Source: a virus (lineage: Duplodnaviria > Caudoviricetes). Taken from it: DNA of 64,000 bases. Shown piece by piece: positions 29,338 through 38,708 of the stretch (within the stretch, counting starts at the first letter, position 1; each line of letters starts with the position of its first letter). Where the stretch lies: positions 32,001 to 96,000 of IMG/VR virus record IMGVR_UViG_3300037249_001000, one strand, 5' to 3'. The translations under genes were made by a program, and so were the position numbers. The notes beneath the pieces were generated by a model. The model worked only from the letters and a program-made list of their open reading frames with translations. It was not told where the DNA came from and made no database searches.

Positions 29338-31350
29338 TTATTTCCATGATTTTTTATATCTGAGAGTATTGGAATTTTCTATAAAATAATTGTGTGCATT
29401 AAATGAACCTTTTAGATGTTTCCACGTCCCATCAGATAATAATTCAAATGAATTATATTCATCTTCTTTAAAGACTTTTATAATCCATTTAATTTGTTCT
29501 ATAACATTTGAATCTTTCAAAGAGATTAATACTTCAATTCTCTTATCAAGATTTCTTGTTAATAAATCAGCAGATGAGATATAGTATTCAGGATTTTTAC
29601 TATTATAGAAATAATATATTCTTGAATGCTCTAAGAATCTTCCAACTATGCTTTTAACATATAGATTCTTTCTTGGTAATATTGAACATATACTCCTAGT
29701 AATAATATATACTTTCACTCCAGAGTCCGCTGCTTTATAAAGCTTATCTATAATAGGATCAGACAAAGAATTTACCTTAATAAATATTTCTGCTTTATGA
29801 CCTTTCTTTGCATTACGTATTTCTCTATTGATATTCTTTTCAATCGTAGAACGTAAATTTACTGGAGAATAAGATATCTTTTCCAACTTTTCATCAGGAC
29901 GTGAATGACCAGATAGGATATTGAATATATTCAACAAGTCTATTCCTATTTTACGTTTACTTGTTAAATATGAAATATCTGTATATTGCGTTGCGGTCTT
30001 TTCATTATAGTTTCCGGTTCCAACGTGAGAATAAATCTTTAACTCATCATTTTCCTCTCTTACAACGATACACATCTTACAATGTGTTTTAAGATATTCG
30101 GTACCTAAAAGAACCGTAACACCAGCATCTTTAAGTTTATCAATGAGATTGATATTATTTTCTTCATCGAATCTTGCTTTAATTTCAATAAGAACTGAAA
30201 CCTTTTTACCATTTCTTGCGGCTGTACATAAAGCATTTACTATAGGAGAATCAATACTTGATACTCTATATAAAGTTTGCTTTATTGCTATTACATGTTT
30301 ATCCATTGATGCATGCTCAATGAACCTAACAACTGTATCATATGAATCATATGGATGATGCAATAAAATATCCTCATACTTTAAGGCATCAAACAATGAA
30401 TAACAATTTTCAAATTTTTCATATTCAAATGGTTCAAAAGGTTTATAAACTTCATCAGATAATATGGGTTGCATAAATCTCTTGAATCTAAGAATTGTAT
30501 CAGATTCATAAACATGATTATTTGGAACATTAAATTCCCTCATGATAATATTTTTTAGGTCTTTATTATCTTCAATTTCGAGAAAGATTGGTTCGCTAAC
30601 TTTTCTCTTATTAAGAACATCTCTCATTCTATCAATAATAAATTTACTATTATCATGAGATAACACGAACGATGCATCTTTTATTAATCTAAAGGAACTT
30701 ATATTAAGAATTATTTCATTAATAAACAGAGTTTTATTTGCAAACTCTTTTATGATGTCCTCAATTAAAACAAATCTTTTATTATCAATTTTAATAATAT
30801 GGTCAATATCATTAGATATTGGAATAATACATAAAACATTATTATTTCCTTTTTCCAATATAACACCAATGCATAATTGACCACTCATCAAGTTTGGAGA
30901 ATAATTATCTGAATTAATAATAATCGGCGTTAATAACGGAAAGATATTATCCTGATAATAATCAAAAAGTTTATCTTTCTCTTTTTTATTCAAGTCTTTC
31001 ATTTTAACAAAAGATATATCTTTCTTTTCTTTAAGATATTTCTTCATATTATTCCATACAACTTTTTGGCTTCTCTTAAAATCAAGAATTTTATCTAAAA
31101 TTCTTTTGTATGGTTCAATGTCTTGATTCTCATATGCATAACTGAATCTAACTGATAGGAACTCATCTAAATTAGATTCTGTTATAGCTAAGAATTTCAA
31201 TCTTTCGTTTAATGGTACTTTTTTGTCATTTGCATAGTACAAAACCCTTGAGTTAAAAGAAACCCAGGAAAGCTCACGATTAATGAACTTTCCTGAGATT
31301 TTCTTTTTCTTTGGGTTTGCACTATAAGTCTCCAAATTCAGAGTCTTCAT
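29338..31350 (-). CDS. ppk1: Polyphosphate kinase 1
   Basis: NRELSW, SNLDEF, LHHPYDS, IKQTLYR, KARFDEENN, KTHCK, GTGNYN, RFLEHSR, SSAD..RNL..R.E all intact. Confidence 0.95.
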   Translation of the reverse strand: MKTLNLETYSANPKKKKISGKFINRELSWVSFNSRVLYYANDKKVPLNERLKFLAITESNLDEFLSVRFSYAYENQDIEPYKRILDKILDFKRSQKVVWNNMKKYLKEKKDISFVKMKDLNKKEKDKLFDYYQDNIFPLLTPIIINSDNYSPNLMSGQLCIGVILEKGNNNVLCIIPISNDIDHIIKIDNKRFVLIEDIIKEFANKTLFINEIILNISSFRLIKDASFVLSHDNSKFIIDRMRDVLNKRKVSEPIFLEIEDNKDLKNIIMREFNVPNNHVYESDTILRFKRFMQPILSDEVYKPFEPFEYEKFENCYSLFDALKYEDILLHHPYDSYDTVVRFIEHASMDKHVIAIKQTLYRVSSIDSPIVNALCTAARNGKKVSVLIEIKARFDEENNINLIDKLKDAGVTVLLGTEYLKTHCKMCIVVREENDELKIYSHVGTGNYNEKTATQYTDISYLTSKRKIGIDLLNIFNILSGHSRPDEKLEKISYSPVNLRSTIEKNINREIRNAKKGHKAEIFIKVNSLSDPIIDKLYKAADSGVKVYIITRSICSILPRKNLYVKSIVGRFLEHSRIYYFYNSKNPEYYISSADLLTRNLDKRIEVLISLKDSNVIEQIKWIIKVFKEDEYNSFELLSDGTWKHLKGSFNAHNYFIENSNTLRYKKSWK

Positions 31351-31361
31351 AGTGTTTCACC

Positions 31362-32090
31362 TCATTTATTATTTTCAAGTATTTTTGATAACTCGTCAGC
31401 ATTATCAAGTTCTGACAATTTAAATACATTATCTCGTTCTGATAAATATACCAAAGGTTCAGGTATCTTATCATCAGCATTATCAGTAGACTCAATAATA
31501 ACAGTCATTTTAAGACCAAGCATTTCAACCCATGCATTAAAATACTGAGTTGACATTTTTGTTTTCGTCATAAGTGCAGATTTCATATTTGAAATCATAT
31601 ACTTCTGCTTAACTCTTGACTTGTACTTGTTTAAAGAAATTGAAACCGTATTCAATACAGTTTTTATCAACTTCTTAAGAAAGTCATCTTTGTCATAAAG
31701 TACTGGATGAAATTCTTCTGAACCAGCATTTAAATCATTGATAATACTATCATCGAATGCTGGAGATGTATTTTTACTATTTACAGTTGCTTCAATAATT
31801 TCATTGGTATCAATTGAAACTATTTTATCAGCATTAAAAATACCTGTATCAGGATAACGAGAAAACTCTGTAACACCATCATCAGTAATCCACATATATG
31901 GATACTTGTTTACATCTTTTGCAGGCTTTTTAGATTTAAATATCCAAACATGATTAGTCTCAGTATTCACATATCCTTTACCATCTTCAAAATCATATTT
32001 GTTTTTAATCTCTCCATCAAAAACTCCTACAACCTGAAATGTTTGGTCAGTAAATATAAATCCTGGTAATTTCATTTTTAAGTCCTCCAT
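31362..32090 (-). CDS. Hypothetical protein (possible C-terminal HTH-like segment)
   Basis: 242-aa ORF; ..MSTQYFNAWVEMLGLKMTVII is reminiscent of XRE C-termini. Confidence 0.55.
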   Translation of the reverse strand: MEDLKMKLPGFIFTDQTFQVVGVFDGEIKNKYDFEDGKGYVNTETNHVWIFKSKKPAKDVNKYPYMWITDDGVTEFSRYPDTGIFNADKIVSIDTNEIIEATVNSKNTSPAFDDSIINDLNAGSEEFHPVLYDKDDFLKKLIKTVLNTVSISLNKYKSRVKQKYMISNMKSALMTKTKMSTQYFNAWVEMLGLKMTVIIESTDNADDKIPEPLVYLSERDNVFKLSELDNADELSKILENNK

Positions 32091-32092
32091 TT

Positions 32093-32302
32093 TTATTTTT
32101 TAATTTTTATATATGGATACAAAAGTATTCCATATACAAGTGATGTAAAAATAATATATAAAACAATTATTAATATGATTTTTATAGAATTAATAATCAT
32201 TATTCCATATATACCTAATAAAACTGTTATTAGGTATATAAGTATAATAATAATGAATGTTGGAGTATCAATAGAAATCTCCATTTTATTTTTTCTTTTC
32301 AT
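32093..32302 (-). CDS. Small membrane protein (2 TM)
   Basis: Two long hydrophobic segments. Confidence 0.6.
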   Translation of the reverse strand: MKRKNKMEISIDTPTFIIIILIYLITVLLGIYGIMIINSIKIILIIVLYIIFTSLVYGILLYPYIKIKK

Positions 32303-32309
32303 TTTATTT

Positions 32310-32609
32310 TCATCTTTTCTTAAAATGTTTACCTCTATATGCAGTTGATTTTATTTCTTTTCTTGCTTTTTTAGATACATTTCTTTTTGTCTTACTAAAT
32401 AAACGTGATACTGATATAACATATACAATGGAAGTATATATCATTAGGATACTTGTAATTATTATTTGTTCCGTGTAATTCCACCCACTATCTTTATTCA
32501 TCATACAACATATACCTATACACATATAAACTAGATATATTATACTACCAATAATAAAATCAAACCAGTAAATATCTTTCTTTTTAGAATTCTTTTTTTT
32601 CTTATTCAT
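32310..32609 (-). CDS. Small membrane protein (2 TM, basic termini)
   Basis: Two hydrophobic segments flanked by Lys-rich ends. Confidence 0.6.
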   Translation of the reverse strand: MNKKKKNSKKKDIYWFDFIIGSIIYLVYMCIGICCMMNKDSGWNYTEQIIITSILMIYTSIVYVISVSRLFSKTKRNVSKKARKEIKSTAYRGKHFKKR

Positions 32610-32986
32610 TTTAATCTTTTCTCCTTTTCATCTTTAATACACTTATAATTAAACCTTATATTCTCCTTTAATTTAATAGTATCAATTAATAAAACAAATC
32701 TACTTCCAATCCACATACTTATGTATGAAACACCTAAAGTAAATCCAATATATGCCATAATCGTGATCACAATTTCTGATACTAAGAATGACCCTGATTT
32801 AACAATACTGAATATTTTATACACTAGGTGCATTAATGATACTCCCAATATACTTAAACCAAGTATAATGGAGACATATACACAAAACGTACATATCAAA
32901 ATAAGTCCTTTCATATATAAAGAATATCGTTTGTATTCATCAAACTCATCAATTTTTCCAATTTCAGTAAATACTTCCTTAATCAT
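32606..32986 (-). CDS. Membrane protein (2 TM)
   Basis: Two hydrophobic segments; AAAGGAG SD. Confidence 0.65.
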   Translation of the reverse strand: MIKEVFTEIGKIDEFDEYKRYSLYMKGLILICTFCVYVSIILGLSILGVSLMHLVYKIFSIVKSGSFLVSEIVITIMAYIGFTLGVSYISMWIGSRFVLLIDTIKLKENIRFNYKCIKDEKEKRLK

Positions 32987-32997
32987 TATTATCTCCT

Positions 32998-33723
32998 TTA
33001 TATTTTTGGTATTCTTTCATCGGGACGTACAAAAGTTATACGACCTGGAGTAATTTTTTCAATTTCAACAGGTCTTTCTACACTGGGTGGAACTACAACT
33101 TTATCAGTTTTTTCATCATAGTATAATTTAACTATATCTATAATTTCTAATGATAAAATTGTCATATCAATTCGTTCTATCTCCCAGAGTAAATAATTCA
33201 ATTCATCATAAGTTAAATATGCATAATTCTGCATATTATTTATAAAGAATATTGCTCCCTCATATATAAGTTCTTGATTTTCTTCATCCGGAACTACACA
33301 TGGTTGTAAACGAATCATTTTTGAATTAGTTGAAATGTTCATACTTACTTCATTTACTACAGATTGATTAACAACTAATCTGTCATTTTCGTAATAAAAT
33401 AAGTTTTTATAATTTGAAAAATCACTAATGAATTTTTTCAGTGACTGTACAAATTTATATTGTCCCATTCTATTTAATGAAACACTCATATTTGCATTCC
33501 AACCTTCATTCTTACTCATTGATGAAATATCTATTACTATAAATGGATGAGGATTAATTCTTAAATAATCATTTCCATTATAGTTAAATTTGCTAATTAA
33601 TTTATTACTCTGATTGCCCAGATATTTTTTATCTTCGTCAGAACTAATAATAATACCAAATTTAATTTTCATCATTGAGTTTATTTTCGTTATTTCGATT
33701 GTCGCTCTATACATTTTTAACAC
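32998..33723 (-). CDS. Hypothetical protein (early)
   Basis: 241-aa ORF; TATATTAT at 33755-33762. Confidence 0.7.
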   Translation of the reverse strand: MLKMYRATIEITKINSMMKIKFGIIISSDEDKKYLGNQSNKLISKFNYNGNDYLRINPHPFIVIDISSMSKNEGWNANMSVSLNRMGQYKFVQSLKKFISDFSNYKNLFYYENDRLVVNQSVVNEVSMNISTNSKMIRLQPCVVPDEENQELIYEGAIFFINNMQNYAYLTYDELNYLLWEIERIDMTILSLEIIDIVKLYYDEKTDKVVVPPSVERPVEIEKITPGRITFVRPDERIPKI

Positions 33724-33816
33724 CGCCTTTATAATTTATTTGACATCGTTAAAAATAATATATAAATAATGAAGATACCTGGATGATATAATTCATCCAG
33801 GTATCTCGTTATGAAA

Positions 33817-34365
33817 TCAGTCATCAAGATCTGAGGAAATATCTTCATTATTTTTATTATCATCAGGAACACTTATATCGTCACAATCAGAAATTAAAAT
33901 TTCATAATGTCCTTCTCTTGATGTTCCAAACATTTTTACATTATCTTTTATATACTTTTGCATATCCAATAACGCATTATAAAAATCTGTTTCTGAATCA
34001 AAATCTAATTTAATGTATACGATATTAGGATTTGATTTTTTAAGTTCTTCTGCAAGATCTTTCTGAAAAAGATAAGTAAAATTATTCTTTTCTTCCGAAT
34101 CATCAAAATAAAATCCTGATATATCTCCAAACGGAGAAATTAATCCTGATGTACCTGGGTCTGAGTTTCCACACACAAGAACGTCTAATCGTCCAAGAAA
34201 TGATGGATGAACATCTCTATATTTAATTCCTATATTATTAGAGTTCTTACCACCCAATGAATGAGGTCCTTTAGATGTATATTTGAAATGACTAAAGAAT
34301 GACATATCATTTACAGACTCATCAAATCTTAAAATACCACTTGTATGCATCTTTTGTAGCAAAAT
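33817..34365 (-). CDS. nvRNAP beta subunit N-terminal half, exon 2 (joined to 34767..36035; about 605 aa spliced)
   Basis: YRDVHPSFLGRLD...SDPGTSG matches the RpoB RDVHxSxxGRxC...GLxxxL region; spliced junction reads FPGD|ILLQKM. Confidence 0.85.
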   Translation of the reverse strand: MLLQKMHTSGILRFDESVNDMSFFSHFKYTSKGPHSLGGKNSNNIGIKYRDVHPSFLGRLDVLVCGNSDPGTSGLISPFGDISGFYFDDSEEKNNFTYLFQKDLAEELKKSNPNIVYIKLDFDSETDFYNALLDMQKYIKDNVKMFGTSREGHYEILISDCDDISVPDDNKNNEDISSDLDD

Positions 34366-34766
34366 CAATTATCATTGATAGTTAGACTATATCTTCATCT
34401 AATATATTTTGTTACTAAATATATTAAAGCCTCCCGTTTCACTTTAATGGATTTACGTTAGACTAATCTCATCTAACTACCAGCCAAGTATTGGCGTTAC
34501 TCTACTCACTTCGTGTAGATATTTCAATCTACCTTATTTTCAAACCATATATTTCTATATGATTGTATAGCTTTCGATAGTCGTTGAACTCATACCTTAT
34601 CATTGTAAGATACTTCGTTGCGTCGATTGTCACAACATCAATCTTGTTACTATACCTTTGGAGTTACCCATTGCCACTATAATATCACTTATAGTTTAGT
34701 AATTGATGTTTATGTGTACTTCCCCGCAATTAGAGAGGTTTAAAGGGGACAATTGCTACATTGTTT
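34366..34766 (-). ncRNA. Group I intron (401 nt, no homing endonuclease) in nvRNAP beta-N
   Basis: P1 GGGGAU/GUCCCC with U.G at the 5' splice site; P10 UGUAGCAA/UUGCUACA; R GUUCAACGACUA; S GAAGAUAUAGUCU; terminal G; splicing restores the frame. Confidence 0.9.
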
Positions 34767-36035
34767 ATCCCCTGGGAATTTAAAGAAATCTTTATAGTTA
34801 TCGTGAGTAGCTTTATCTCCTAGTTGAATAATTTTATTAAGTCTTTTAGAGAACTCCAATGTGAGCAAAGAACTAATAACTTCATTACATCTAAGACGTT
34901 TATTCTCTAATGCTAAATTGTCTTTCAGTCTCAATGAAGTAAATTCTTGCATCATCCATCTAATCAGTGTATAAATATCTTGTTTATGATACTGATGTAT
35001 CTTAACTGTTTTCTTCGTCGTTTCATCTAATAAACGTCCAAAGAAATTCAATATATCAACACCTTTATCATAATTATTAATACCCGAAATTTTCTTTATC
35101 CATATTCTTGGGTCATCAAAACTTTGAATAGTCAATCTATTTGTAGATACATGTAAAATACCACCAACTATACTTTGTAAATATGGATATTTAAGAAACA
35201 ACTTTTTATTCACTTTCAAATAACACTTTGTTGATATCTGAAAATAAATATTATATTTATCATTTAAATCAGGTTTAGTTACCAATTCAATAGAATTAGA
35301 AACACCTAAGAAATCCATTGCATTATCAAATCCATCTTTAAGATAGAAAAGTATAATAGGTATTTCTTTTCGGAACACAGTAACATTATATACTGGTAAA
35401 TTATATTCGTTACCGTCAATATCTAAAACATCAGCTGTATCGTTAATTACTTCTTCATCACTAATATTGTTATCCATTAATGCGGTTGCTTTAATAACAT
35501 CACGTTTAACTGCAATCGGCATCAATGATTTTAAAGTAACTGATGCTTTAGAAGTATAAGTTGATTTTTCAACCATCTGATAAATCAGATAGTATTTCTT
35601 TCCATGAATATAATAATATCCATTTTCATCCTGTAATGGAATGAGCATTTCTTTCTTATGCTTATAAACGTGCTTAACAAGTTTTCCTGTTTCTTTAAGC
35701 TTACCTTCTTCATCTTCTACTTTTTCTTTTTCCATTAAAGTTACTTCAAGGAAAACTGTAAGTTTACCGAAACGATTATCTTCGAGAAATTTATAATCAA
35801 ACTTCTCATTTTTCTTTTTCTTCTTTTCCCTTTTAAAAATATACTTGTTAATATCAATTTCTGACTGCTTTTCAGTGTATTCATAGCCAATAAATTTGAT
35901 ATTCTTAACAACTTCGAGACTCTTCCACGAGTCTACTACATAATTTACCAAGCTATCATCAGCTGTTTTATTCATTAGTGAATAATTTAAACTTGGTTCG
36001 AATTCAGATGAATATGATTTCAATAATGATTTCAT
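34767..36035 (-). CDS. nvRNAP beta subunit N-terminal half, exon 1
   Basis: IPLQDENGYYYIHGKKYYLIYQM (RpoB-like IPxxT..GxFxINGxERxxVxQ); DNLALENKRLRCNE; early promoter at 36081-36088. Confidence 0.85.
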
Positions 36036-36176
36036 ATTATTACCCCCTTAGAAATTCTATATTGTATTGTATTCAAAAATATAATATATTACTATTTGTT
36101 AATCTTCCAAAAAAATAGATTACGTGTTGAATAATACAGCACGTAATCTATTAAATATTAGTTTAAATTTTATTAA

Positions 36177-36878
36177 TTAGTCGTCTTCTCTATTTGCCTT
36201 ACTATCGTTTTTCAGCAACAGTTTTGAAGCGATTGATGGGATAAGTGTAAACTCATCTTTTCCATCTTCTTCACCCTCACGACATATTGCCTCAAACCAA
36301 ATAAGGTTTACAGACAATTCAAACTCGTCTTTTTCTCTTCTACGAATCTTGATATAATTAATGATTGATTCATAAAAGATTATAAAGATTGGCATAATAA
36401 TTTCATTATTAGCTAACTGAATATCCACATCTTTCAATGCTTTCACAGCTTCAATCGTCATTGATCTAATAAGAGAAGGATTTTCAATAATATTTTCCGC
36501 GTTCCACTGAACTATGCGTTCAATGTTTGTTACAGTCGGGTCATCTTGATTTTCCGTTTTAATCGATTCGTGTAGATGTTTCATGTATACCATGAAGTTT
36601 CCTGCTTTTTCATTATCTTGATCAAGATTATTTGTGAATCCTATCAATAATCTATTTGCAAGATTAATTTCAAATGAATCATATTGGTCTTCAAGACTTA
36701 CAAGTTTCTTAAGAAATGTCTCGAAGATTTTAATGAAACAAACTGTTGTTAATTCATGACCCTCAATAGGTATGTTAAATCTTTCACGAATAACTGCAGC
36801 AGCAGTTTCAGCAATATCACGAATTTCTTCTTTGTCCTCATGAATTGTTTCCTCATAATAAGCTAACCATTTTTCCAT
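36177..36878 (-). CDS. Acidic hypothetical protein, possibly two HU/IHF-like repeats
   Basis: Two helix-helix-strand repeats ending FTLIPSIASKLLLK; AAAGGAG SD; early promoter at 36925-36932. Confidence 0.5.
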   Translation of the reverse strand: MEKWLAYYEETIHEDKEEIRDIAETAAAVIRERFNIPIEGHELTTVCFIKIFETFLKKLVSLEDQYDSFEINLANRLLIGFTNNLDQDNEKAGNFMVYMKHLHESIKTENQDDPTVTNIERIVQWNAENIIENPSLIRSMTIEAVKALKDVDIQLANNEIIMPIFIIFYESIINYIKIRRREKDEFELSVNLIWFEAICREGEEDGKDEFTLIPSIASKLLLKNDSKANREDD

Positions 36879-36938
36879 TGTTATTATCTCCTTTTTTATA
36901 TTTAATATAATGGTAACCAATGATATAATATATAATTG

Positions 36939-37361
36939 TTACGCTTTCTCTAAAATTTTAACCATAGATTCGATAATGGTTGGAAGATATTTTTCAATAC
37001 TTGTAACAGGATTAAGTGAAATTAATCTATACAAAATTTTTTGCATATGATCTTCACCATTAATTATGCTTACAGATATATTCCCTGTAGGAATATCTTG
37101 GAACATAATAATATGAATTCTACGACGTGATGATGGATACATATGGTCATCACTAGCATATTTAAGTAAGGTAAGAGTTAATATTGTGTTTGAATGTTCA
37201 CTATTACATTTAATATGTCTTTCAATACCTGGTAAATCATTTGTATACATGTTTATTATATCTGACACTCTATCAACTAAATGATCCATAATTGATATTG
37301 TTGAGTCTGATGAAATGCTATAAAAATTATTATCCATTTTATTCATAATTATTACCTCCAA
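36939..37361 (-). CDS. Hypothetical protein
   Basis: About 135-140 aa ORF, GGAGG SD. Confidence 0.65.
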   Translation of the reverse strand: MEVIIMNKMDNNFYSISSDSTISIMDHLVDRVSDIINMYTNDLPGIERHIKCNSEHSNTILTLTLLKYASDDHMYPSSRRRIHIIMFQDIPTGNISVSIINGEDHMQKILYRLISLNPVTSIEKYLPTIIESMVKILEKA

Positions 37362-37367
37362 TTATTA

Positions 37368-38258
37368 TTAATCAGTAGAAGAAACTACACCGAGACTAAG
37401 CATATCAACTAATGCATCATGAACACGATTAACACAGATAATGTCATGAATGTTATAAGATAGATTATCATTTTTATCACCTATATTATAAACAGGCATT
37501 TTTTCAGGAATTATCACGATATTATTTTCATTTAATTCTATCATAGGTCTTTCTTTTAATAAAGTAGCAAAAGAATGCTGAAATCCCCATTGTTCTTTTG
37601 CTATTGTTAGATAAGATTTACCATAATTATGTCTATGGTAATCCAATAATTTAATTTCATGCTCATCAGTTATTTCAACTATAAAAACACCAACACAATA
37701 TGTGTTGTATATGCTTGCTTTCCTTTCATCATGTAATTTAAAAATTTCTACTTGATGCCTGCCAGAAAAACTTGCCTCATCTGTTCCCTGAATAAAATAA
37801 GAACCAGGTTCAACTTCGCTTAAAAATGTTGTACCAGATAACTCCAAATAATACTGATTCAAATCAAGTGTTATCGAATTATTTAAATTATTCAATTTAT
37901 TTGTTGTATTATTTTGATTCATGATAGTTGATGTTATACCATCACATGTTTCCTTAAGTTTAGTATTTTCCTTCGCTATATTAGAGATAGTTTCAGTTAG
38001 TATTTTATCAGTTGTTTCATTAACAACCTTTTCTACATGTAAAATCTCTTCAGACTTTTTGAATCTTTCATCTGAAATAAGAAGTTTCTTTACATAAGGC
38101 TTTCTATTCTTAAAGAACTTCTTATCTTTTGCAAAGATAATTACATCACTCTGATTTGATTTAATGACATATTTATATTCATTAAATTTTCCATTAGTAA
38201 AAACCGTTTCCGGATTCTCATAACGTTCAATCTGATTTTTAAATTTAATATTTGACAT
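37368..38258 (-). CDS. Hypothetical protein
   Basis: 296-aa ORF. Confidence 0.7.
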   Translation of the reverse strand: MSNIKFKNQIERYENPETVFTNGKFNEYKYVIKSNQSDVIIFAKDKKFFKNRKPYVKKLLISDERFKKSEEILHVEKVVNETTDKILTETISNIAKENTKLKETCDGITSTIMNQNNTTNKLNNLNNSITLDLNQYYLELSGTTFLSEVEPGSYFIQGTDEASFSGRHQVEIFKLHDERKASIYNTYCVGVFIVEITDEHEIKLLDYHRHNYGKSYLTIAKEQWGFQHSFATLLKERPMIELNENNIVIIPEKMPVYNIGDKNDNLSYNIHDIICVNRVHDALVDMLSLGVVSSTD

Positions 38259-38268
38259 ACAAACACCA

Positions 38269-38643
38269 TTAACCTTTCTTCATTAAGTTCTTAATTTCAG
38301 ATTTTCTACTTGTGGATAATAAACGATAAGCAAGAATAACATCTTGCTCATCGTCTTTAAGATTATAAAACTTCTCATGTTCTTTATAAGAATCAGGAGA
38401 TAATGTTGTGATGTCAGATTCATCATCAACTATAGCATTTATGAATACAGACATATCAATACCTAAAACTTTTGATATTTTGTTAATGGTCTTGATACTG
38501 GGAAGTGTTCTTCCTATTTCATAATATGCATATGTACTTCTTTTAAGGTTTAACGCAGAAGAAATCTGACTCTGCGTTAAACCTGCATTCTTTCGTTTTT
38601 GTTTCAAAAGAATAGCAAAATTGGTTTCTGGTTTTCTTTTCAT
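38269..38643 (-). CDS. XRE/Cro-C1 family HTH transcriptional regulator
   Basis: LKQKRKNAGLTQSQIS...RSTYAYYEIGRTLPS; early promoter at 38698-38705. Confidence 0.9.
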   Translation of the reverse strand: MKRKPETNFAILLKQKRKNAGLTQSQISSALNLKRSTYAYYEIGRTLPSIKTINKISKVLGIDMSVFINAIVDDESDITTLSPDSYKEHEKFYNLKDDEQDVILAYRLLSTSRKSEIKNLMKKG

Positions 38644-38708
38644 ATTGATTGCTCCTTTATATTATATATTCTATAAGATGGATTGGCTTACCACTAAATA
38701 ATATATAA

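Noticed and set aside
32093-32986. Holin cluster
   Set aside because: Three 2-TM proteins, but far from the endolysin and in an early-promoter run; nothing specific supports a holin call
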